From: a virus
Taxonomy: Duplodnaviria; Caudoviricetes
Reading direction: 5' to 3' (one strand)
Length of the DNA stretch: 54,059 bases
Virus record (IMG/VR): IMGVR_UViG_3300042292_001176
Location: 1-54,059 of that record
The notes under the pieces were generated by a model that saw only the letters and a list, made by a program, of their open reading frames with translations, was not told the DNA's origin and did no database searches. This document shows positions 28,138 to 38,763 of this stretch, in pieces; positions within the stretch are counted from its first letter, which is position 1; each line of letters starts with the position of its first letter. A program made the translations under genes and the position numbers.

Positions 28138-29780
28138 GTCGGATGCCGTCGAACACAGAGCAGTTCCTTGGCGGGCTCGCGGCCTCGCAGGGTTTCCTGC
28201 AGCAGGCTGGTGCGAACCAGCGGGCCAAGATGGACTACCAGCTGGCTCAGCAGCAGATGGGTCTCGAGCAGCAGAAGATGCTGCAGCAGGGCCAGCAGTT
28301 CGAGCGCGGCCTTCAGGCCGAGTCGGAGAACTACCGGAAGCTGAACGAGAGCCGGGAGCGCATGGCCCAGGCCGAGATGGCGCAGCAGGGTTCCCAGTTC
28401 GGGCAGCGCATGGAGTTCGACCGGGAGCAGGCGAACCTGGAGCGGCTGGTCGGACTGAAGATGCAGCAGCTCGAGATGGATATGCGCCGCAACGAAGCCG
28501 AGATCGCGGCGATGGTCGACAACGATCCCCGTCTTGTGGAAGCCCGGCTCCGTCGCCGCCAGATGCGCGGCGATATGGTCAACCTGGAGCAGATGCTCGG
28601 TGCCAGCGAACAGGCCCAGCAGATGGCCCGTGGCCTCAAGGACGACCGGGTGGCCGAAATCGACGCCCGGCTCAACGCATACAAGGAATCAGTGGGGGTG
28701 CGCCGATCGCAGGCCGAAGCCGCGATGAAGGCGGGACTCGACTACGCGGTGCTCAAGGATGCCCGTGAGGGCGGCTTCATCCCGGAGTTGGCCCGCGTGG
28801 CAGCCGACCAGTTCGGTCCAGGTGTCGCTGCGGGAGGGCCGGTCGGAGCAGGAGCAGCAGGAATCGCGGCCGTCCGGATCCTCGGTGACAACCTGGTGAA
28901 GTGGGCAACCGGCGTCGGAAGCCCCGAGCTGGCGGAGACCAAGGCCACCGCCTTCATGAAGAACGGTGGCGTGATGGCGGTTCAGGTTGCGAACAACGCG
29001 ATCGAACTCAACGGGGATGCGTTCGGCCTTCAGCCTGGAAAGCGCGAGGAGGCGGCACGTGTCATGTCGGACATTGTGTCTAAGGGTGCGATCCTGGCAA
29101 GCCTGGATCCGCAGGCGCGGTCGTCAAACGGTGCAAGCCAGCAGCAGCTGAAGCAGGAGATCGCGCAGGGCGTGGCTCAGCTGCGGCAGGCGGGCATGGG
29201 CGACGAGCAGATCGCGGCGGTCTTCGACGGCCTCGAGTCGATGAGCGAGAACCGGGCGGGACTCCTGCAGCAGTACGCGGAGATGGATCCGCGGTCGGCA
29301 GAAGCGGGAATCCTGGAGGAGAGCCTTGCAGGTGTCGGCAGGATCCAGGATGCGATCGAAGGCGTCGTCGGCGATCAGCAGACCATGCGTCAGTTCGGCG
29401 GCAAGCTTGTCGATCACAGCAAGTACGACTGGGTTGGAGTCAGCCGCAATGCACGGTTGGCGTACGGCATGGGCCAGAGCGCCGAGCTGCAGCAGTTGAT
29501 GGGCGACCTTGATTCGATGGGCATGACCGACGAGGAGCTGAACCAAATCGGCCGGCTCTTGACGGAAAGCGATCCGAACCTGCAGTACCTGCGTCCCGAG
29601 GACTTCACCTCGATGATGCGCGGCATCAGTGGGCGCATGGGTTCGCTGTCGTTGGGCATCGAGGACATCGGGGAAGACATCGGTCAGATCCAGGGTCAGG
29701 CAGTTGCGCGTGGACGCCTGCAGGGCTTGAACGAAGCGGACCAGCGACTGGCTGATCTCATCGGCCGGGTGGGAGGCTAA
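28134..29780 (+). CDS. putative ejection protein
   Basis: coiled-coil, Q/A/G-rich, ATGA coupling. Confidence 0.55.
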   Translation: MSRMPSNTEQFLGGLAASQGFLQQAGANQRAKMDYQLAQQQMGLEQQKMLQQGQQFERGLQAESENYRKLNESRERMAQAEMAQQGSQFGQRMEFDREQANLERLVGLKMQQLEMDMRRNEAEIAAMVDNDPRLVEARLRRRQMRGDMVNLEQMLGASEQAQQMARGLKDDRVAEIDARLNAYKESVGVRRSQAEAAMKAGLDYAVLKDAREGGFIPELARVAADQFGPGVAAGGPVGAGAAGIAAVRILGDNLVKWATGVGSPELAETKATAFMKNGGVMAVQVANNAIELNGDAFGLQPGKREEAARVMSDIVSKGAILASLDPQARSSNGASQQQLKQEIAQGVAQLRQAGMGDEQIAAVFDGLESMSENRAGLLQQYAEMDPRSAEAGILEESLAGVGRIQDAIEGVVGDQQTMRQFGGKLVDHSKYDWVGVSRNARLAYGMGQSAELQQLMGDLDSMGMTDEELNQIGRLLTESDPNLQYLRPEDFTSMMRGISGRMGSLSLGIEDIGEDIGQIQGQAVARGRLQGLNEADQRLADLIGRVGG

Positions 29781-29782
29781 CC

Positions 29783-32683
29783 ATGGCAAAGCTTAGTTTG
29801 AAGGCTGCCAAGAATCGGCAGATCGGCCTGAAGACGAAGATCCAGGCGGTCAAGGATCCCACGCTTCGAGAGCAGTTGATGGAGATGTTGAACGAGGTCA
29901 ACCTTCGGGAGGCCGAGGATGTCGACTTCAAGGCAATCGAAGAAGGTCTGAAGGCGGCGCCGGCAATGCCCGCAGATTCTCCGGTTCCCGCGCCTGAGCG
30001 CGAGGCCACGCCCGATGATCTTGAGGCTGCGAAGAAGAATCTGGAGGGTGGCGCTGCGAAGCCGGCTCCCGCGCCCGAAGCACCGAAGAAGAGGACTCGG
30101 GGTCCCAAGACTTCGGCTGACCGCCTGACGTTCCAGCCGAACACCGAGGGTGTGTTCGCCTACGTTCGTGGTACCAGGCCTGGTAAAGACGGGAAGACTG
30201 AAGTGGTCAGCATCGTGCTCAACGGCACGGATCAGGCTGATCTGCTTCGCGTTGCTCAGGACTACATGAAGAAGGAGGGCATCAGTTCTGGCGGCGAGGT
30301 CGCTGGACAGCCCGGTGTCTTCAAGAACATCTACGTTCAGACCATTCCCAATCCGACAACTGGGAACTTCAATCCGGTTGATGCCCGCAACCTCGCGGAC
30401 TCGCACGAGGCCAACTACCGGGTGGCCCGCAACGACGCGCTGGCCAAGGTTCGTGAAGCTCGTCGGCAGGGCAAGACCGTTGAAGAGATCAAGGCGCTGG
30501 ACGATGCGGTTCCGCCGGCACTGATGACGGTTTCCGAGACGCAGGCCTACGAGGCTGCCGACGCAGCCCGCAAGGAGGCCCGTGGGACTCGCCGATCTCA
30601 GAAGGCGACCAAGGACGAGGCCAAGTCTGCACAGGGCAGGAGTGTCGAGCTGCTGGAGAAAGAAGCCAAAGATTCGCAGCGCTCTGTTGCGGACAGCTTT
30701 CTTACTCGTGGTGGCGCTAAGCCCTACTTTGAAACGACTGCCAAAGGTTCCAACCAAGTCGGGTTCATTACTGAGGACGAGACGTTCATCAGCTTTGAAC
30801 AGCGTGACCGCCTTGCGGAAAGACTGGGGTTGAGCCAGGCGGAGATCGATCAGCTCACGGAGCCGGAGAAGGCGGCTCTGGCGAAGATGAAGAACCAGCT
30901 CAGTAACGGCAACTTCAAGGAGGCGCTGCAGACGGCTTCGGCGATTCCAGCTGGGTCTGTCGAGAAGGTGATGCGCGGTGAGCGGCCGGCGAACGTGCCT
31001 GAAGAAGCGCGTCCTGGTGTCGCCAAGGATCGGTGGAGCGATCCGCCGGAGCTCGAGCAGAAGCTCAAGGCTGCTGGTCTCAAGTCGAACGCCAAGGGCG
31101 CCAAGGCCCGGGAGATCCGCGTTCGGCACATGTTCGAGACGGGCATGTTCAACGTGATGGGCGACGATCGCACCGGCTGGATCGACGACAACCCCGAGGG
31201 TTGGGCCAAGATCCGGGGCAACGCCAACGCGATGGATTACCTCGAGACCGTAGGTAAGAACCGCGACATCGCGATGACCAAGGTTACGGCGGAGGCCTTT
31301 GAGTCGGGCGTGTTGGTCCCCCTCAACGTCGGCATCGGCCGTATGGGTGAGCCTGGTGCGGATGTCACCAAGAACATCGTGACCCTGGCCGAGAGGACGA
31401 AGTCTCGAGTCTTCCGGAACGGCCAGCTCAAGAAGGGATTCGGCAACGTCGACGCGCAGGTTGGCAAGGCTGCAGCAATGCAGGACACCTTTACCCGAAG
31501 CAGAGATCAGGATCGCTTGGCGTACATGGAAAACCAGGGTTGGACCGAGGCGTCCCTGGACAAGAAGATCGGCAACTACCGCGAGGAGATGTCCAAGAAG
31601 CAGGAGAAGGGCAAGCTCGATCCTGAGGCGAAGGCCACGTATGAGCGTCGCATCCGCCAGGCTGAGGCGGACAAGGCTCTTCTTGCCGGCCGTCGTGAGC
31701 GACGAGCTGCTGTGGAGAAGGCTGCTCTTGAGGGTGGTCGTGTTCCGGCGACTCCCTATCGTGCAACCAGGCGATCCTTCGAGGAGCAGCTTGCGGCCGT
31801 GGAGACCAAGATCACCCGCCTCAGGAGTGGCTTTCATCCGGACGCCGTTTACGGTCCTGGCGCCAATGAAGGCAAGCCGAAGAAGATCCCGTACGCCAAG
31901 AAGGACAAGGAAGGCAATGTCTTCCTGACCGAAGGCTGGAAGAAGAGGCTTGCCACCTTTGAGGAAACCCGCGATAAGCTGAAGGCAAGGATCGCCGGGC
32001 AGGCATTGACCGAGGCTTCCCCCGAGGGAGTCCGCGTCGTCAATCCCACACCAACGCCTGCAGCTGTTGGCCCGGCTGCACCCTCTGCGGAAGCAACTGC
32101 GGTCGATGAAGTGCTCGGGGCTAAGGCTCCTCCGACACCTTCGGCGGCTGGTGCAACAACGGGTGCGGCGGCGCAGGCTGCGGCCGGCGGACTGCCGAAT
32201 CCGTACGGAACCAAGGGCAAGGGCAAGGGTCCTTGGAAGCCAAACCCCAATCGGGATACTGCGATGCTCAAAGAACGTGCCAAGAAGATGGGCGTCAAGG
32301 GCGCCAAGGGCATCGGCAAGGCGGCCGGGGTGATGCGGTTCCTTGGGCCGCTGGCAGCTGTGTACGGTGGCTACGAGCTGCTGAACACACTGAAGGGTGG
32401 CACGGTTGACGAGGCCGATGAGCGCCGGATCCAGGCCATCCGGGCACTGGGTGCCGTGGGCGGCGGCATGGAGCAGGACATGGCCATGAAGGAACAGATC
32501 CGCGGCATGCAGCGGATGGTGGACCTTGCGGCGATCCAGCGGCAGCAGGCCCTTGACCAGATGCGAAATCAGTACACTGGCAACCAGGCGCTGGATGCGC
32601 TGGTTCGTGGCCAGCAGGCCAGCCTGGCGGCATTGGCCCAGCCCAGCCGGCCGAGCATCGCGGAGATGATGGCGAGGATGTAA
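29783..32683 (+). CDS. large putative internal virion protein
   Basis: 966 aa, K/A/E-rich, hydrophobic GPLAAVYGGY segment near the C-terminus. Confidence 0.55.
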   Translation: MAKLSLKAAKNRQIGLKTKIQAVKDPTLREQLMEMLNEVNLREAEDVDFKAIEEGLKAAPAMPADSPVPAPEREATPDDLEAAKKNLEGGAAKPAPAPEAPKKRTRGPKTSADRLTFQPNTEGVFAYVRGTRPGKDGKTEVVSIVLNGTDQADLLRVAQDYMKKEGISSGGEVAGQPGVFKNIYVQTIPNPTTGNFNPVDARNLADSHEANYRVARNDALAKVREARRQGKTVEEIKALDDAVPPALMTVSETQAYEAADAARKEARGTRRSQKATKDEAKSAQGRSVELLEKEAKDSQRSVADSFLTRGGAKPYFETTAKGSNQVGFITEDETFISFEQRDRLAERLGLSQAEIDQLTEPEKAALAKMKNQLSNGNFKEALQTASAIPAGSVEKVMRGERPANVPEEARPGVAKDRWSDPPELEQKLKAAGLKSNAKGAKAREIRVRHMFETGMFNVMGDDRTGWIDDNPEGWAKIRGNANAMDYLETVGKNRDIAMTKVTAEAFESGVLVPLNVGIGRMGEPGADVTKNIVTLAERTKSRVFRNGQLKKGFGNVDAQVGKAAAMQDTFTRSRDQDRLAYMENQGWTEASLDKKIGNYREEMSKKQEKGKLDPEAKATYERRIRQAEADKALLAGRRERRAAVEKAALEGGRVPATPYRATRRSFEEQLAAVETKITRLRSGFHPDAVYGPGANEGKPKKIPYAKKDKEGNVFLTEGWKKRLATFEETRDKLKARIAGQALTEASPEGVRVVNPTPTPAAVGPAAPSAEATAVDEVLGAKAPPTPSAAGATTGAAAQAAAGGLPNPYGTKGKGKGPWKPNPNRDTAMLKERAKKMGVKGAKGIGKAAGVMRFLGPLAAVYGGYELLNTLKGGTVDEADERRIQAIRALGAVGGGMEQDMAMKEQIRGMQRMVDLAAIQRQQALDQMRNQYTGNQALDALVRGQQASLAALAQPSRPSIAEMMARM

Positions 32684-33045
32684 TGGTTCAGATCGACGAC
32701 GTGAAGCAGCTCTCGCACGAGATCGTCGGGTCTCACAATGCCCGCGGGTTCTCCCTTGTCAAGATCACCCCCACTGATAGCGGGTCAGTGGGGGTGCTAC
32801 TGAACGTGACGAAGACGCCGCTGGTGGTCAAGGGGCGGGAGCTGAAGGCGAAGGCGGATGTGCGGCGGTTCCTGTGGGACCAGAGCCGGACCACCCGGAT
32901 GCGAAGGAAGGACCGGACGTTCGTGTGGACCCGGTACATGAAGGACGAGGACGTGAGTGTGGTGGGGCTGGCCACGGTGGTCAGTCGCGAGGTGGCTGAG
33001 CGGATGGCGCGGCTGGATTACCAGTGGATCGAGGTGCAGTCATGA
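32683..33045 (+). CDS. hypothetical protein
   Basis: TAATG coupling; 120 aa. Confidence 0.65.
   Translation: MVQIDDVKQLSHEIVGSHNARGFSLVKITPTDSGSVGVLLNVTKTPLVVKGRELKAKADVRRFLWDQSRTTRMRRKDRTFVWTRYMKDEDVSVVGLATVVSREVAERMARLDYQWIEVQS
32766..32796. repeat. perfect 12-bp inverted repeat made of two copies of the dispersed motif
   Basis: CACCCCCACTGA-TAGCGGG-TCAGTGGGGGTG. Confidence 0.9.
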
Positions 33046-33536
33046 GCCGATTTGCAGGAGCATTCAAGGGCTTGGCGGATCTGGTGAAGCCGGTGGCCAA
33101 GGGCGCGAAGGCGGTCGGCATGGACTTCTCGAGTCCTTCCATGGCGCTGGGCGCAGGCGTCCCGCTTGGGTTGCTGGCGGCTGGTGGTGTCCGGGAAGGG
33201 GTCAAGGCCGTGAAGGAGGAGTTCACCGGGTTCGACAAGGACCTGAAGGCCGAGGCTCGGCGGATGCGGTACCAGGCTTCGCAGCAGATGAAGGCGCAGA
33301 GACTGCAGCGGGCGATGGCGGACAACATGGTGAGGCTGGCGGCCGCGAACCCCCAGCTGTACAATCAGCTGTTGGCGGGACGACCCTTGCCCAACGGGGC
33401 AGTCGTGATCGGCGGTGGACAGAGGAGTGATTTCCTGGAGAGCGTGGCGTACCAGATGGCCACGGGTGGGTTTGGAAACCCCCAGGGAACCCCCGATTCT
33501 CCCGACGTGATGCAGTCGCTCGTCAACTCCTACTGA
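33042..33536 (+). CDS. hypothetical (possible virion) protein
   Basis: GAGG RBS, ATGA overlap, Gly/Ala hydrophobic stretch. Confidence 0.65.
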   Translation: MSRFAGAFKGLADLVKPVAKGAKAVGMDFSSPSMALGAGVPLGLLAAGGVREGVKAVKEEFTGFDKDLKAEARRMRYQASQQMKAQRLQRAMADNMVRLAAANPQLYNQLLAGRPLPNGAVVIGGGQRSDFLESVAYQMATGGFGNPQGTPDSPDVMQSLVNSY

Positions 33537-33544
33537 GGTGAACC

Positions 33545-33982
33545 ATGGCCGGCCAGATCCCGCTCGATACCAAGTACTACCCGTCCGATTTCCACGTGAC
33601 CAACGTGACCGTCACTCCTGGCACGACCGAGCAGTTCATCCCGATCCTGTACTTCGACCGCCTCTCGGTGGTCGACTCGATCGTGGCGTACTTCGGTGAT
33701 GCGCCGAGTGCGGACGAGACTCTCCGGTTCTGCAAGGTGACTTCGGATGCGCTGCCGACCGACGCCGGCATTCCGGCTCAGACGAACATCACGGCGGCGA
33801 AGGCGTTGGCTGCAGCGGGCACGTTCCCGGCGCGTTGGATCTCGGGAACCACCTCGGGGTTCACGATCCAGACCGCGAACAACCTGATGGAGGCCGGGTC
33901 CACGCTGTGGCTCGTGGGCGCAAGCGCGCTGGCGGGCATCAACGGATTCCAGATCCAGGTGCGCTGGCGCAGCCAGGTCTGA
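33545..33982 (+). CDS. small beta-rich virion protein (decoration-like)
   Basis: GAGGT RBS; followed by a terminator. Confidence 0.5.
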   Translation: MAGQIPLDTKYYPSDFHVTNVTVTPGTTEQFIPILYFDRLSVVDSIVAYFGDAPSADETLRFCKVTSDALPTDAGIPAQTNITAAKALAAAGTFPARWISGTTSGFTIQTANNLMEAGSTLWLVGASALAGINGFQIQVRWRSQV

Positions 33983-34007
33983 TCAACAAGCATCTTTTCC
34001 CCCTGCG

Positions 34008-34041
34008 AAGGGCCACCTGTCATGGGTGGCCCTTTGTCTTT
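34008..34041 (+). terminator. intrinsic terminator
   Basis: AAGGGCCACC / GGTGGCCCTT plus TGTCTTT. Confidence 0.7.
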
Positions 34042-34058
34042 GGTGATACTCTGAGTAG

Positions 34059-37000
34059 ATGAGCCAGGTACCGATGAACCTACCGTTCGAGCAGCTGGCG
34101 AGTTACGACAAGCCGCAGCTCCTGTTGACGCAGGCGTTGGACAACGAGTTGACGGTGCGTGGTGCGCTGCAGACGCTGGTGGATGTGGATGGGTTGAGCC
34201 CGAACGAACGGGACCTGTTCACCACCAGGCTGAAGGAGCGGGTCGGAAGGAACTCGGTCACTGATGCGGCCATCGATGTGCTCACGAATCCGTTCGTGCT
34301 GCTGATGGCGGTGACCAGTCCGGTGGCTGGCCAGGCGCTGAGCCGGACGGGCCGAGCGATCTTTGACATGAGCGAGCGGTTCAGTCCGTTCGTCAAGGAG
34401 CAGGGTGGGTTGCTCGGGTCGCTTGGGTTCCTGGCGCCGATGCAGCTGTTCCGGGGCACGGCGCTGACGCCGGCGGTCCAAGCGTTCACGAAGGGCGTGG
34501 ACGAGATGGAGAAGGAGATGCTGGGCAGGGTGGGCCCGGCGCTTCAGAAGGTGCTGGAGAAGCACGGGCTTGAGTCGCTGAACCCGGAGAAGGTGCAGGG
34601 TGCGGCCCTGAAGAAGAAGGCGGAGGATCTGAACGACCTGCTGTGGGCATCGTTGAGCGGTGCGGACAAGAAGACGAAGCAGGAGATGTGGCGGATCAGG
34701 ACGTACGACAAGGCGGGCAATCCGTTCAAGGGCACGAAGAAGGAGCGGCTGGAGAACGGCGTGTTCCGGCTGGAGAAGGTGAAGACCAAGGAGCAGGGCG
34801 CACTGGTGTCGGCCGACATCGAGAAGATGCTGGCGCAGAACGGGCTCACGGATCTGCGGGATGCGTACCGGGGTGCCATGGATCAGCGGCGCATGAGGTT
34901 GTTCGGGAACGAGGCGGAGAGCGCAGCCAAGGGCGTGTTCGTGGCAGACGAGCAGAAGCTGCTGCGGATGTGGGACGGGCTGCGGATGGGGCTGAGCGGC
35001 AAGGGTGCGCTGAGTGGAACTGGTGCCGAGATGGCGGCCACGCTGATGGGCCCGGAGCTGGCGGCGCAGATCGCGTCCGGCCGGGTGCCGAAGGAGGATG
35101 TGCTCAAGGCACTTCGGCAGATGGTCGAGGGTCAGGATGCGAGCTCGTACTTGCCGAGGAACCTGATCGACATGAAGGGGACCAGCGATGTGGCGCGGCT
35201 GATGGAGCAGCGCAGGAGCCGGGCGCTGGTGGCTACGGGCTCGAGCCTGAACAGAATCAGCTCGGCCGGCCGCTTCGATCCCGACGACCTGAAGCGGGTG
35301 TTCGGCAAGTACGGCGCAACCGATGAAGGGCTCAAGGTCCTGAAGGGTGCGGAGCGGAAAGTGCAGACCCTGATTGCGAAGGGCGAGACGGCGCGGGTCT
35401 ACAAGATCAACGCGCAGGAGTCGCTGGCCCGGCACTTCCGGGACACGGGCGTGACGCACTCGATGTTCGTGCGGACCACCGACCAGATGCCGAGGCTGAG
35501 CCAGGCGGTCCAGGATTCGATGCGGCTGGCGAACCCCGAGAAGCTGAAGCAGCTCGACGAATCGTTCAAGCGGACCTCGCTGATGACGGGCGGCCAGTCG
35601 CTGGCCGAGCTGTTTCACCGGCAGCACTTCCTGCTGGAGGACGATGCCGCGAAGGAAGCGCTCGAAGTGATGTTGCGCGGAGCAGTGGGGGTGCAGAAGG
35701 TCGAGCATGTGGCCACGCACATGGCGCTGATCCGGGGCAAGCAGGGGTTGAGGGCGGTGCTGGATTCACCGGTTGGTGCGGCGATGAAGGGCGCCGGCAA
35801 GTGGGGCCAGGGCATGTACGACCGGCTCGACGAGATGGCGAACGCCAAGCTCACGTTCGGCGAGGCGAAGGGCATGAGCGGCCAGCTGGCGAAGTACTTC
35901 TATGTGACGCACCTCGGCCTGAACCTGAGCAGCGTGACGATGAACCTGATGCAGCCGCTCCTGTATGCGAGCGTGTACGGCGGGCTCGGCAACGTGATGA
36001 AGGCGTACGGCTCGGCGTTCAAGGAGATGGGCGAGTACATCACGGAGCGCGTCGGGAAGTACGGGGTGCGGGCGCTGAGCGAGGATGAGCAGCAGGGCCT
36101 GATCCGGAAGCACTTCAAGTTCTCCAACATGGAGGGCGAGAACCTGGTGCAGATCGGACGGGACACGTTCTCGACGCTCGACACGATCTCGTTCCAGAGT
36201 GACAAGCTGGGTAGGGTGGGAAGGCGAGAGAGCTACTTCTTCGATTACCCGATGAAGATGTTTGAGAAGGCCGAGTGGATGAACCGCAACGTGGCGGCCC
36301 ATGCGGTCGAGAACATCTACCGGGGTGCGAAGATCGATGTGAAGCCCGGGTCGGCCGGGTACTACCGGATGATCGGGGATGTGGACGAGATGGTGAGCGC
36401 AACGCAGTTCGGCGGCAACACGCTGAACACGCCGCTGGCGTTCCAGGGGGCAGGCCCGTTCGGTCGGTTGGCAAACAACCCGCTGTTCCGCCAGTTCCTC
36501 AGCTTCCCGCTGCGGTCGGTCACGACGCTGGCGTACGACAGCCCGAGGCTCGGTGGCCGCGGTGTCTTCAAGGGAATCGGGCAGGACTTCCTGCGGGGCA
36601 TGGGCATCAGTGCGGTCTTCTACGAGATGGGGAAGAACACCTTCGGCGTGGACCTGAGCCCCGGTTTGTTCGGGGCCAGCTTGACGCAGGCGGTCGGAGG
36701 CGACCGGTTCTTCCAGGACGGGAACGAGTACGTGCCGATCCCGCCGGTGGTGGACATCCCGATGAACCTGATCCGGGGTGCGCTGGATCCTGGGCAGCGG
36801 GACCTGATCCAGAACAACCTGCCGAGGTTGGTGCCGGGTGGGATTGCGGCGGCCCGGGTGATGGGCATGATGCCGAACCTGATGGAGGGTCCGCTGTTCG
36901 GGCTGCCGGGCTCCCTGCAGAAGACCTACGTGGACTTCAAGACGAAGACAGAGGATGGGCGGGTGCCGGTGTACAAGGCGGACGGAACCCTGATCGATTA

Positions 37001-37493
37001 CCAGGGCACGGGCCAGATCTTCGCGAAGGCGCTGGGTGTCGACTTCGGTACGTTCAAGCAGACGGCGGACTTCGATGCGTTCCTGCTGAAGAACCGGGAC
37101 CAGATCGTGGAGTACCGGCGGCGGGCGATTGCGGCGCTGCTGGCGAACGAGATCCCGAAGATGCAGGGGGTCAAGCAGGAGTTCAAGCGGCGGTTCGGGA
37201 TCGAGCTGACCATCAGCAAGGACCAGCTGGACGAGGCGATGAAGAACCGGCTGGTGCCCAGGACGGAGCGCATCCTTGAGCGGATCCCCCCGGAGCTCCG
37301 AGGTCAGTTCCAGCAGCTGGCGGCCAGCAGGGCACCGGAGCTGGGTGTGTCGGCGGAGGCCATCATGGGGGCGGACACGGCCCGCCAGAGGATGCAGTCT
37401 CGTCAGATCGGGACGCTGCCGCTGACGGCAGAGCAGCAGGCTGTGATGGCACAGGAGACGGGGAAACCGTTCGAGAGCTTCGGCTCGTTCTAG
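34059..37493 (+). CDS. large putative internal virion protein
   Basis: 1144 aa; NLMQP and LFRQFLSFP motifs resemble large podophage ejection proteins. Confidence 0.55.
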   Translation: MSQVPMNLPFEQLASYDKPQLLLTQALDNELTVRGALQTLVDVDGLSPNERDLFTTRLKERVGRNSVTDAAIDVLTNPFVLLMAVTSPVAGQALSRTGRAIFDMSERFSPFVKEQGGLLGSLGFLAPMQLFRGTALTPAVQAFTKGVDEMEKEMLGRVGPALQKVLEKHGLESLNPEKVQGAALKKKAEDLNDLLWASLSGADKKTKQEMWRIRTYDKAGNPFKGTKKERLENGVFRLEKVKTKEQGALVSADIEKMLAQNGLTDLRDAYRGAMDQRRMRLFGNEAESAAKGVFVADEQKLLRMWDGLRMGLSGKGALSGTGAEMAATLMGPELAAQIASGRVPKEDVLKALRQMVEGQDASSYLPRNLIDMKGTSDVARLMEQRRSRALVATGSSLNRISSAGRFDPDDLKRVFGKYGATDEGLKVLKGAERKVQTLIAKGETARVYKINAQESLARHFRDTGVTHSMFVRTTDQMPRLSQAVQDSMRLANPEKLKQLDESFKRTSLMTGGQSLAELFHRQHFLLEDDAAKEALEVMLRGAVGVQKVEHVATHMALIRGKQGLRAVLDSPVGAAMKGAGKWGQGMYDRLDEMANAKLTFGEAKGMSGQLAKYFYVTHLGLNLSSVTMNLMQPLLYASVYGGLGNVMKAYGSAFKEMGEYITERVGKYGVRALSEDEQQGLIRKHFKFSNMEGENLVQIGRDTFSTLDTISFQSDKLGRVGRRESYFFDYPMKMFEKAEWMNRNVAAHAVENIYRGAKIDVKPGSAGYYRMIGDVDEMVSATQFGGNTLNTPLAFQGAGPFGRLANNPLFRQFLSFPLRSVTTLAYDSPRLGGRGVFKGIGQDFLRGMGISAVFYEMGKNTFGVDLSPGLFGASLTQAVGGDRFFQDGNEYVPIPPVVDIPMNLIRGALDPGQRDLIQNNLPRLVPGGIAAARVMGMMPNLMEGPLFGLPGSLQKTYVDFKTKTEDGRVPVYKADGTLIDYQGTGQIFAKALGVDFGTFKQTADFDAFLLKNRDQIVEYRRRAIAALLANEIPKMQGVKQEFKRRFGIELTISKDQLDEAMKNRLVPRTERILERIPPELRGQFQQLAASRAPELGVSAEAIMGADTARQRMQSRQIGTLPLTAEQQAVMAQETGKPFESFGSF

Positions 37494-38029
37494 ATGGCGG
37501 CCCAGAACTGAAGGCAGCCCTGCTGGCGGTACCACCGGACGGCGCCCAGGCAGAAGCGAGGGAGCAGGCGCACCAGGATCCTGGACTCGGGCTCACGATC
37601 CAGGACCCTGGCGGCCATGCCCTTCAGGGTGGCCCTGGTGATATCGACGTTGATCATGTAGGCCTTCCCCGCAGAGGAGAAGGTCATGTGCCCCTTGCAG
37701 AGGGCCCCATCCACGCGAGTGTGGGGCGGCTCATTGGCAAACGGATCGTCGGGGATGGATCCGTCCGGCAGGGCCAACGTCGTAACCAGCCAGTGGCGTC
37801 CACCTGGGTATGTCAGCAGGTGGGGTGTTCCCAGTAACGGGAGGGTGAAACACCCAGGGTGGGTGGTGGGGGGAACGGGTGCTGTCACCCCCATCTCCTT
37901 GAACCCCGAGTGTCTCACCCTCAGCGGCACTGGAAGACTCCAGAGGCGGGGTGTCGACACCTGATCCGTCAATCGGGCGTTGGTTGTGTGTTCCTCGTAG
38001 TTGGCCGGGGGCTCGTGCAAACGATCCAT
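37490..38029 (-). CDS. hypothetical protein
   Basis: converges on the large gene with a 4-nt stop overlap; start uncertain. Confidence 0.5.
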   Translation of the reverse strand: MDRLHEPPANYEEHTTNARLTDQVSTPRLWSLPVPLRVRHSGFKEMGVTAPVPPTTHPGCFTLPLLGTPHLLTYPGGRHWLVTTLALPDGSIPDDPFANEPPHTRVDGALCKGHMTFSSAGKAYMINVDITRATLKGMAARVLDREPESRILVRLLPRFCLGAVRWYRQQGCLQFWAAI

Positions 38030-38117
38030 CGCTGCGCTTTCAAGTGGAGACAGTCACACTTGCCCGGTAAGGGAGGCGCGGATGCACCCCCGGCCACTAC
38101 GTGAGGAGGACTGTGTG

Positions 38118-38149
38118 GAGGGGGTGGAGCTTGTAGGCCCCACCCCCTC
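38118..38149 (-). terminator. stem-loop after the SSB-like gene
   Basis: GAGGGGGTGG.GC / GC.CCACCCCCTC; no clear U-tract. Confidence 0.5.
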
Positions 38150-38167
38150 GATCAGTGGGGGTGCGTG

Positions 38168-38731
38168 TTAGGCGGACAGGAGCTTCTGCAGGAACTCGGT
38201 CTTGTAGACCTTGGTCGCGGCGTTGCCCTTGCCCTTGCGGTACTGGCACCGGACGGTGCACACCACCTGCTTGTCCGAGCCGAGGAGGTTGGAGACCTTC
38301 TCGATCGCGTCGGCCACGTCGAGACCATCAGCCGTTCCCACCTTGGTTCCAAGGACGGTGCTGAGATGGCCGCAGAAGCGGTTGCGCTCGATCTGCAGGC
38401 CGGTGCGACGGCCCTCTGCGGTGACGGCGCCGGCGTTGTCCGGGAAGGTGAACGGTGCGCCGCCCCAGACGAGCGGGTTGTCCGGGTTGACCTGGTCGTT
38501 CAGGAGCTGGTAGCGGAAGCGGAACTCGGTGGCCGAGAGCTCGACCTGCTGACCCTGATCGGTGGTGAACCGGTAGGTGGCCTTCTCGTTGATCTCGAGA
38601 CCGAGCACGTAGCAGTCGTGCTCACCCTCGGTGGGCCACTCGCCGAGACCGCCGACGCCGGTGTCCGGATTGGCGTCACCGAAGGCCTGCTTCTGGGCTG
38701 CGAACATTGCGCTGATCTTGCTGTTTGCCAT
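38168..38731 (-). CDS. putative ssDNA-binding (OB-fold) protein
   Basis: directly after the Sak4-like ATPase; WP.EGEH.C.V motif; highly biased codons. Confidence 0.5.
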   Translation of the reverse strand: MANSKISAMFAAQKQAFGDANPDTGVGGLGEWPTEGEHDCYVLGLEINEKATYRFTTDQGQQVELSATEFRFRYQLLNDQVNPDNPLVWGGAPFTFPDNAGAVTAEGRRTGLQIERNRFCGHLSTVLGTKVGTADGLDVADAIEKVSNLLGSDKQVVCTVRCQYRKGKGNAATKVYKTEFLQKLLSA

Positions 38732-38763
38732 GACTCTGACACTCCTGAAAGGGTTGACTGGGG

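Noticed and set aside
37490-38029. Possible stand-alone primase (TFSSAGKAY resembles the AEP S.SG.G.H motif)
   Set aside because: The His and the DxD motif are not evident in the right arrangement; left as hypothetical
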